IMG/VR virus record: IMGVR_UViG_3300034279_001265
Strand: one strand, 5' to 3'
DNA: 64,000 nt
DNA from: an uncultured virus (IMG/VR IMGVR_UViG_3300034279_001265)
Taxonomy: Duplodnaviria; Heunggongvirae; Uroviricota; Caudoviricetes
Shown piece by piece: positions 57,547 to 64,000 of the stretch (position 1 is its first letter; each line of letters opens with the position of its first letter). The translations under genes were made by a program, and so were the position numbers. The notes under the pieces were generated by a model. The model was not told where the DNA came from. It made no database searches and worked only from the letters and a program-made list of their open reading frames with translations.

Positions 57547-57587
57547 CTTCATATATAATCTACCGAATAAACCTCTAAGATTTACAC
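57547..57587 (-). promoter_or_regulatory. Candidate promoter/operator region upstream of the scaffold-MCP unit
   Basis: Minus strand GGTAGATTATATATGAAG (variant of the GTAAATT motif), plus a 22-nt segment at 57566-57587 matching 32743-32764 at 17 of 22 positions. Confidence 0.35.
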
Positions 57588-57637
57588 CTAGTAGATGTAT
57601 GATAAAAAATATTTTACACTATAATGCTATAGTACTT

Positions 57638-60364
57638 TTATTTTTTGTCATATTTGTTTTTGTTGGTTTGCGCAACTTGTAATTGTTTATCAGCAATGCG
57701 CTCTTTAGAAAGCAATTCTTGACGTTTGAGTTCTATCTTTTTCTGTTCTGTAATAGTCCGATTTAACTCACGATCTCTTGCAATAGACTGATCAGCTTCT
57801 TTTGCATTTTTCTTGTCAAGATACTCTAAAGTGTCAATGTAGTCATTTTGCTGATTCATGTCACGATCGTTCATTGCTGTGTAACCGGCAGCTCTGATCT
57901 CAGCAACGCGCTCTTGACTTTCACGATTCAATGCATTTTGCTCTGCTTCAAAACGCAACTTAGCTTCAAGACGCTCTGTTTCAGCTTGTTGACGCATTTG
58001 TTCTGTTTGCTGCAAGGCTTCAGTTTCCTGGGTCTTAGCTTTGGTAGTTTTTTCTTCAATGCCTTTCATGACATGCGTAATCTCTGCCATTGAGTCTGCT
58101 TTGACAATGTTACCAAGATCATAAATAGAAGCACCGGATGTGTTGTTGTTAATTGCCAAAGAACGAATCTGTTCCATAATTTGGCGTTGATTAACCTTTG
58201 TAGAAATAAAGATATTCAGATCACGCGCCAATAATTCAGTACCATTCATCTCAAAGTTTACTTTTTCATCCATAGATGTTACGTATTGCAAACGTAAAGA
58301 GGGACGATTAGAATGGTAGTATTGAGAAAGATCTGTACGCATCTGATGCACACGCGGCATCAAATACTCTGAATGTTGAGTAAAGTAAGTTTCTGTTTGA
58401 GAGTAACTCATATTGATAGCCTGCTCAATACCCTGTGCAGTTTCTTGAGCATTTACAGCACCTAAACGCTGTGGTGATATACCAATAGACTCAAAACACT
58501 GATTCTTAAAATAGTTGGCAAGTTGAATGCGACTCAAAAGACGATTTGTTTGCTCAAGATTCAATACTTGATAATGCTGAAAGTTTAATGCATTTTCTGT
58601 ATTGGTAATAGATGTATCCAAGGGCAACATCTGAAAGTTCTTCATAGCCACATACGCCTTACCGTAGTTGTTTTTGCCCCAATCCTCCCCCATTGAGTGA
58701 CGTGGCAGAGCATTCTGATCCAGCATGATTACTGTACCCAACTCGTCAATCAGAATGTCAGCAATCTGGTTATTAACCAGGTTGTAACCAATCTGATATG
58801 GTTTCGTCTTGTCTACCAAAGACATGGACTTTGTATTGCGTTCTGTAAATACAGCACCTTCTACCGGCAACTTACAACCATACAAGGTAAAATCACCCTT
58901 AAACTGAAAACGTAAAGGCTTTACATTCAGATAAAGTGGTTGAAATCCAAAAGTGTCATTATTGCCAAAGAATGCAGGTCTATTGGGACCAATCTTAGTA
59001 CCTCCCCAAACCTCATTAATCCATATCCATTCAATATGTTCGCCATATACAAGATTTTCTTTACTTTTTCTTTTAAGTACTGAAGTATCATGAAGAGGTT
59101 TGTTTGTGATTTTATAATTTTCATCTACAATCATTTCAATCATCTCCCCATCCTCCTTAATTTTTGTCAGATAACCGACCATGCGTTGGCTCTTCCAGTA
59201 GCAAGTAGTAACCCTGAGAAGACTGATATCTTGAAAATCCTGAATACTTTCAGATTCGTTGACAATCTTCATGATGATATCATCACCTGTATTCATAAAT
59301 ACATCACGTGCACTTAAAAACTGACGCATACCCAAAGAAGGACCCTGGGTATTCCATTCGTGTGAACGCGTAGCATCATAGAAAGAACCGTCATTCTGCA
59401 ATCCTGGTATCAGATAACCTGCTGAATGCACTGGATAAATAGCTTCCAATGAAGCAAGTTGATCATCTGTCATCATGTATCCGTACTTGTCAATGACATC
59501 TGAAATCGTCATAAGATCCACGCGACCTACCCAGTTAGACTGAGAAATATATCTTGCTTCAGGAGATTTATGATAAAAGGTTAGTACAGGATTCCAAAGC
59601 TCTACATCATAATCGTCCTCATTCATCTTAAAGTGCCAAAATTCCCTGTCAGAAATGAGCATGTCACGAAATGCAATATTTTCCAACTCTTTAATTGCAA
59701 AACGCTCCTCATCAACATGATGCTGGTGATTAGCCCACTCTTCAACCATAGATCGGTAGTTCTTGCGAAAGAACCCTTCAATTTCTGGCAAACTCTTAAG
59801 ACTTTCAGGTGCCATCATTTCTTGAGCTTGAGCAGCTTGCTCTTCATCCTCAAGATTCAGACCCATTGACTCAATGGTGGCCATCATTTTTTTCTCTGCT
59901 TCAGCGACCAATACCTGTTCTATCATTACTCTTTTTGCTTCCATCATCTCATTATAAGAGATGTCATCTACAGAACGATAGGTTATTTTGTCGTTACGCT
60001 TAGCAAACTCCCCACACATTACGTTAATGATGTTGGGTATAATCGGAAAAAACTTCAATTCAAAAGCTGATTCATCCTGCTTAGTCAGAACATCAATCAA
60101 CTCTGCAACCTCGTTATCCTCTTCAATAATGTAGTCTGTTTTGTCAATAATGCCATTTGCAAGCTTATAGTTCTTCAAAAGTTTGCGCGCGTTTCTGCGG
60201 ATTTGCTTAAGACCCTGCATTTCCAACCAGTCTATATTCCACGCGCCCCATGCTTCGTCTTTGTCTGTTCTGTTCAAAAACTGCACAGGTTGGGTTAAGG
60301 TGCCCATTCTGGTGTTGTCCACCTTGGCTCCGTTTTTGAGTTGTAATGCGTTAACTATTTTCAT
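57638..60364 (-). CDS. Portal protein (908 aa)
   Basis: Directly after TerL; FFPIIPNIINVMCGEFAKR, WINEVWGGTKIG, SLVDKTKPYQIGYN, GISPQRLG and a long C-terminal coiled coil, as in crAss portals. Confidence 0.88.
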   Translation of the reverse strand: MKIVNALQLKNGAKVDNTRMGTLTQPVQFLNRTDKDEAWGAWNIDWLEMQGLKQIRRNARKLLKNYKLANGIIDKTDYIIEEDNEVAELIDVLTKQDESAFELKFFPIIPNIINVMCGEFAKRNDKITYRSVDDISYNEMMEAKRVMIEQVLVAEAEKKMMATIESMGLNLEDEEQAAQAQEMMAPESLKSLPEIEGFFRKNYRSMVEEWANHQHHVDEERFAIKELENIAFRDMLISDREFWHFKMNEDDYDVELWNPVLTFYHKSPEARYISQSNWVGRVDLMTISDVIDKYGYMMTDDQLASLEAIYPVHSAGYLIPGLQNDGSFYDATRSHEWNTQGPSLGMRQFLSARDVFMNTGDDIIMKIVNESESIQDFQDISLLRVTTCYWKSQRMVGYLTKIKEDGEMIEMIVDENYKITNKPLHDTSVLKRKSKENLVYGEHIEWIWINEVWGGTKIGPNRPAFFGNNDTFGFQPLYLNVKPLRFQFKGDFTLYGCKLPVEGAVFTERNTKSMSLVDKTKPYQIGYNLVNNQIADILIDELGTVIMLDQNALPRHSMGEDWGKNNYGKAYVAMKNFQMLPLDTSITNTENALNFQHYQVLNLEQTNRLLSRIQLANYFKNQCFESIGISPQRLGAVNAQETAQGIEQAINMSYSQTETYFTQHSEYLMPRVHQMRTDLSQYYHSNRPSLRLQYVTSMDEKVNFEMNGTELLARDLNIFISTKVNQRQIMEQIRSLAINNNTSGASIYDLGNIVKADSMAEITHVMKGIEEKTTKAKTQETEALQQTEQMRQQAETERLEAKLRFEAEQNALNRESQERVAEIRAAGYTAMNDRDMNQQNDYIDTLEYLDKKNAKEADQSIARDRELNRTITEQKKIELKRQELLSKERIADKQLQVAQTNKNKYDKK

Positions 60365-60408
60365 TTGTGTTTTTTGTCAAGGCGTATATGTCTGTACACG
60401 TAAGGCAT
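60361..60408 (-). pseudogene. Remnant 5' end of a GIY-YIG-type homing endonuclease gene (15 codons)
   Basis: Mini-ORF MPYVYRHIRLDKKHK* whose TGA overlaps the portal ATG (ATGA). YVYRHIRLDK matches, from recall, the N-terminus of phage GIY-YIG-like endonucleases (YVYRHIRLDKN.PFYIG). Confidence 0.6.
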
Positions 60409-60429
60409 CGTTAGTTCTTAGTGTTAGTG

Positions 60430-62628
60430 TTACCTCATGTTCTTGAAAGGGTTTCTGGGAACTTTGACCATGGTGGAGGAGCTGTTTGCGTTTCCCATGT
60501 GCCGGAAAGGGGTCACTCTTAATTTACTGATTTTTTTAGAGTTCTCCAAATTGCTGTCTTCATGTTCTACACGCTTGGAATAGCCCCTGTTAGACTCCTG
60601 CACCTTGGCAAAAGCTACCAGGGCACAGAACGCTACCAGTCTGTCCACGTTCAGTCCATCTCTGTAAGCAGCCATTTCCTTTAGGAGCATGATGTCAGGG
60701 ATGCGCTCAATGCCATAAGTTGTCCTGACTATTTCTCCATCAGGTTTCGTTTCAACATCCAACTGTTCTTCCAGGAACTGAATGGCGTAGGAAATAAGGT
60801 TGGTTTTAAAAATCGTTCCCACATTGCGCCAGCCATATTCCTGGAAGACATTGGTGTTACTTTGAAGCTCTTTGAGAAAGAGAATCTGATTCTTTGGCAC
60901 TAAATAACGTTGTTTACGCTTAGAAATCATATACTGAATAAACAAACTAACGTTGTTTTCTACAACCGTCCACGCGTTGTAATACTCAATAAGCATTTCT
61001 AAACGCTCATGGGTTTTATTAAGGTCATCAAAACGACCGCACCAAGTAGCAACTATTCCGTCACGTTCAATGTGCTGTTCAATGGTACTATCCATCTTGT
61101 GCTTGGTGATTTCTTGTGCAGTCTTATAGACATAGATAGAACATAATGACTCAGAAGTTGTGGTTTTACCTTCTGATACAGGGTCAATAGACGCATAATA
61201 CATGCCAAATGTTGGATCCTTCACAGGACGCTCGTACACTATAATGACACCTTCTTTATCAACTGTTTTTGGAGATATAGGAAATTCTGAAATAGGTAAC
61301 TTGCGAGATTCTTTTGTGTTGATTTTCCCGTTGTCATCTCTATACAACTCTACAAACTCCCTGTGGTAATCACCATCTTCAATGCGTCTAATCTGTTTAC
61401 TGACAAGTGCCAATGGAAACTTGGATACTTTGCGATATGCAAAAGCCTCCTCAATGTTAATTGGTTTCTGAGAAATTCTTAATTGATAATCCTCAGGTTT
61501 GAGTTTCTTTTTCCAATCCAGTCTTTCAGCAAGAATCATCTCCAAAGCTTTTTCTACCTGGGAGTTTCCATACTCATCAATGCAAGGCTGCATGCTCCAC
61601 TGCTCAGGGATAAACAACCCACACTTGGCGATTTCACCGGATTCATTAACCAGGTTAGTATCTACTGCCAATACATCTTTAGAGTCTGGGTTTAAGATCA
61701 ATTCTTTTAGAGGTTCACACTGCTCTAAGTCACCCACGGAACCTGCTGCAACAAACATACCTGTATAGATCATACCTGATTTCATCGCAGGTAGCAAATA
61801 CTCTAAAGTCTCATTCATGCGTGGAGCAATACCTGCCTCTTCATGAAAGAATAAAGTACAGGGACCACCAACACCATTATTGGGATCTTTCTCTAAAGCA
61901 AGACCAAAGATTACTGATTTCAGACCCACATCACGCTTTTTACCCCCTTGGTTCACCTCAATTTTTTGTTCCCAGTTAAGTATCTTATCAGGGTTAGAAG
62001 GACGATACCAACCGGTGTGGCTGTTCAAGAAGTTGCGGTACTCTTCCAAAAACCTCCAGGTTCCTTTCTCGTTAATATAGTCTTTTAGAGAACCTGCCAT
62101 CTTGCTAACAGCACCTTCTTCAAACCAGTACAGATTGATGATCTTGGCAGCATGAAAGTAAGAAGAGGCGATCTGTCTTTTCTTTAAGATTCCACAATGT
62201 TTGTAACTGTGCTTGGCAATGTCTTCATATAGGGCCATGTGGTACTGCGCGTCACGCACGTCAGCAAATGTGAACTTGCCCACCTCTTTGTTGTAGATAG
62301 GCAGAAAGTTCAGCCACATGTAGTAATCCCTGGTTAGATACCAGGTACTACGAAGTCCTTGGATAATTACCCCATTGCGGCAGCGTTCCTTCTGGGTATC
62401 CCAGTAGTAGATGAAGTCTTTGCTGCGATTAGGCGCTGTGCAGTATACTTTATACTTGTTAAACAGCGTTGCCTGCTCGTTAAACTTTTCACAACTCTTG
62501 TCAAAGTTGTACTGACCGGGTTCTTTTAACATGCTCCACAAAAACTCTACAAACGCTTCCCTGGACGCAAACTCAGTATGCGACCAGGTGTCTGTAGCAG
62601 TAGTGTATGTAGGAACCTTAATGTACAT
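60430..62628 (-). CDS. terL: Terminase large subunit (732 aa)
   Basis: ATPase motifs LKKRQIASSY (Walker A-like), FFHEEAG (Walker B) and GSVG; RNase H-like nuclease motifs ASIDPV, VVENN and NVDRLVA. Confidence 0.92.
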   Translation of the reverse strand: MYIKVPTYTTATDTWSHTEFASREAFVEFLWSMLKEPGQYNFDKSCEKFNEQATLFNKYKVYCTAPNRSKDFIYYWDTQKERCRNGVIIQGLRSTWYLTRDYYMWLNFLPIYNKEVGKFTFADVRDAQYHMALYEDIAKHSYKHCGILKKRQIASSYFHAAKIINLYWFEEGAVSKMAGSLKDYINEKGTWRFLEEYRNFLNSHTGWYRPSNPDKILNWEQKIEVNQGGKKRDVGLKSVIFGLALEKDPNNGVGGPCTLFFHEEAGIAPRMNETLEYLLPAMKSGMIYTGMFVAAGSVGDLEQCEPLKELILNPDSKDVLAVDTNLVNESGEIAKCGLFIPEQWSMQPCIDEYGNSQVEKALEMILAERLDWKKKLKPEDYQLRISQKPINIEEAFAYRKVSKFPLALVSKQIRRIEDGDYHREFVELYRDDNGKINTKESRKLPISEFPISPKTVDKEGVIIVYERPVKDPTFGMYYASIDPVSEGKTTTSESLCSIYVYKTAQEITKHKMDSTIEQHIERDGIVATWCGRFDDLNKTHERLEMLIEYYNAWTVVENNVSLFIQYMISKRKQRYLVPKNQILFLKELQSNTNVFQEYGWRNVGTIFKTNLISYAIQFLEEQLDVETKPDGEIVRTTYGIERIPDIMLLKEMAAYRDGLNVDRLVAFCALVAFAKVQESNRGYSKRVEHEDSNLENSKKISKLRVTPFRHMGNANSSSTMVKVPRNPFKNMR

Positions 62629-62843
62629 TATTTGTCAGGAGAAAAACTCATAAGTAATGTAGGATTACCATTGCTTTTAACAAGATGTTTTATGAGAACT
62701 TTTATGTTTTTATGTTTAAAGACAGGATGTGCTGATTTTTCAGCATTAAAATACGCTTTATGATCATCGCGATGATAAGCTGCCCATTGATTAGTAAAAT
62801 GGTTGTAATGAAACACCCATTCATAAAGAGTTTCTTTACTCAT
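62628..62843 (-). CDS. Hypothetical protein (about 71 aa; likely start MSKETLY)
   Basis: Stop overlaps the TerL ATG; LYEWVFHYNHFTNQWAAY. Confidence 0.6.
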   Translation of the reverse strand: MSKETLYEWVFHYNHFTNQWAAYHRDDHKAYFNAEKSAHPVFKHKNIKVLIKHLVKSNGNPTLLMSFSPDK

Positions 62844-62862
62844 AATTGTTTGATTTTTTAGT

Positions 62863-63378
62863 TTAACTCTGATCGTAAGCAATATGTTGCCCCCCTCTTA
62901 CCTGAGACTTTTGTTCTTCCATCAAATCCTTGTACGCGCCTTTAAAGGAAATGCGTATCTGTTCAAACTTTGCGGCAGCGTTTACTAAAGAGTTTATGTT
63001 ACCATCACGCCCATGTTCAATAGGGGTATTTTCCATGTAGCGTGCTAACCGGTCAAGCATGTGCTTGATTCCCATAAATGCTCTATAGGTAGGAGTTTCA
63101 TAAAGTTTTTTACAAAACTCAAGAGCGGCAACAATCAAGTCATCTTCTGTAGAAAACTCAGCACTCAACTGTGAAAATATAAGTTCTTCTTTTTCGTTTT
63201 CTGGAACATCAAAAAAAGGATTAATATCAGGATTTGGACAGGTCATGTAAAACAAGTAAGCGTACACATCCATGTATTCTTCAGGGTAATCTTTCATAAT
63301 CTGCTTAAGCACATTAAGTGTAAAACAGTGCTCAGTAGGAACTATCCTGCCGTTTTCAACATCAAACAGTTTTATCAT
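62863..63378 (-). CDS. Conserved protein upstream of TerL, possible terminase small subunit (171 aa)
   Basis: Helical; ends in VRGGQHIAYDQ. Assignment rests on position only. Confidence 0.5.
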   Translation of the reverse strand: MIKLFDVENGRIVPTEHCFTLNVLKQIMKDYPEEYMDVYAYLFYMTCPNPDINPFFDVPENEKEELIFSQLSAEFSTEDDLIVAALEFCKKLYETPTYRAFMGIKHMLDRLARYMENTPIEHGRDGNINSLVNAAAKFEQIRISFKGAYKDLMEEQKSQVRGGQHIAYDQS

Positions 63379-63381
63379 GTC

Positions 63382-64000
63382 TTATTTCTTTTTTTGAATT
63401 GCTCCAGGGTTTTCTTTATACCAGGTAAGAATAGCAATCACTTCATCTTTCAAATATGGCAGCTCATACGGAATAATCTCTTTAATAATAAAGTTTCCAT
63501 CTGCATCCTGTTTTAAAATAGGATAACCATACTCATCTTTGCTTTCTTCTTCTTCAAACAAAATGTGATGTATAATTAGTTTTCCTGGCTTAAGTTTAGG
63601 GTTATGCTTAAGAATAATATACATGTAAATAGAAAGCTGCAAATTGTAGTGATTTAAGTTGCAGTCATCAAGATGACTTACTGGTGGAAACATCTTTTGA
63701 GAAATTCCTTCCCAGTTTTTAAAACTTTCTGTTTTGATTTCTTTATTAGTCTTGTAGTCTGTGATGTGAACTTCTCCATTAGCTACTTCTGCTAAATCTA
63801 TTTGACCACAGATTCCCGCTGATCTCATATACACCATGTGCTCAGGATAAATTCCTTCTATAAGTTTTTGAGAAGGAGCAACCTTTAAACCATGCTCGTC
63901 TTTCATAGATTTAATGACCGGCAGTTCTGCATTATACCTGACTATCGTGTTACAACCAAGTATGTCTTTCTCGCGTTGATCATGGTACCAATTACCAAGA
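63382..64000 (-). CDS. PD-(D/E)XK (RecB/Cas4-like) exonuclease, 5' end beyond the window
   Basis: Frame stays open upstream of the track start (LGNWYHDQREK...); GQIDL...ITDYKTNK...YNLQLSIY motifs. Confidence 0.8.
   Translation of the reverse strand, partial: LGNWYHDQREKDILGCNTIVRYNAELPVIKSMKDEHGLKVAPSQKLIEGIYPEHMVYMRSAGICGQIDLAEVANGEVHITDYKTNKEIKTESFKNWEGISQKMFPPVSHLDDCNLNHYNLQLSIYMYIILKHNPKLKPGKLIIHHILFEEEESKDEYGYPILKQDADGNFIIKEIIPYELPYLKDEVIAILTWYKENPGAIQKKK

Larger units (their letters stand above)
1..64000 (-). other. crAss-like (Crassvirales-related) phage virion/late gene module
   Basis: Dense same-strand genes in the order TerL, portal, scaffold-like, MCP, rings, HU/IHF-like, muzzle, cargo, giant DFDxD RNA polymerase, tail fibres. 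This matches the crAss-like layout. No cellular housekeeping genes. Confidence 0.9.

Noticed and set aside
54583..62628. Introns or inteins in TerL, portal or MCP
   Set aside because: The ORFs are continuous and of plausible length. I saw no intein C-terminal HN-C/S/T junction or LAGLIDADG block, and only the 15-codon relic between genes.
1228..63516. Numerous 60-200 aa plus-strand and alternative-frame ORFs in the track
   Set aside because: They lie within or across long minus-strand genes that already tile the window, and none shows convincing protein motifs.
1..64000. Stop-codon reassignment (TAG/TGA), known in some crAss-like phages
   Set aside because: Genes up to 13 kb are uninterrupted under the standard code, and both TAG (3577) and TGA (38021, 49903) serve as real stops.
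63382..64000. Cas4-like nuclease as evidence of a CRISPR system
   Set aside because: No repeat-spacer array or other cas genes are visible. Stand-alone PD-(D/E)XK nucleases are common in phages.

Overview
The window is one co-oriented (all minus-strand) virion and late-gene block of a large crAss-like bacteriophage (Crassvirales or a close relative). The host is probably a Bacteroidota bacterium, since start regions are A/C-rich and show no clear Shine-Dalgarno motif. In transcription order (right to left) it encodes: a PD-(D/E)XK nuclease truncated by the window edge, terminase large subunit, portal, scaffold-like protein, major capsid protein, ring/adaptor and auxiliary capsid proteins, a Dps/ferritin-like protein, a Cys-rich FN3 fibre cluster, a metallophosphoesterase, an HU/IHF-like protein, more ring proteins, a muzzle/tail-stabilisation protein, three cargo-like proteins punctuated by x-x-x-G-G motifs (one with LysM, L,D-transpeptidase and lysozyme-like domains), giant ejection proteins including a 4333-aa virion RNA polymerase (DFDVD motif), and tail-fibre genes. 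The standard genetic code fits, and I saw no tRNA, CRISPR array, integrase or intein. Main observations: (1) the three giant ejection proteins (7789 aa in total) carry only four cysteines, all at the termini facing the neighbouring gene, suggesting a head-to-tail disulfide chain; (2) FN3 domains appear split across genes, suggesting a Cys-locked donor-strand fibre; (3) GG-punctuated cargo polyproteins; (4) a five-hairpin RNA element after the capsid gene; (5) an AT-rich kinase cassette inside the polymerase; (6) a 15-codon homing-endonuclease remnant coupled to the portal start. All family assignments come from motif recognition by eye, not database searches.
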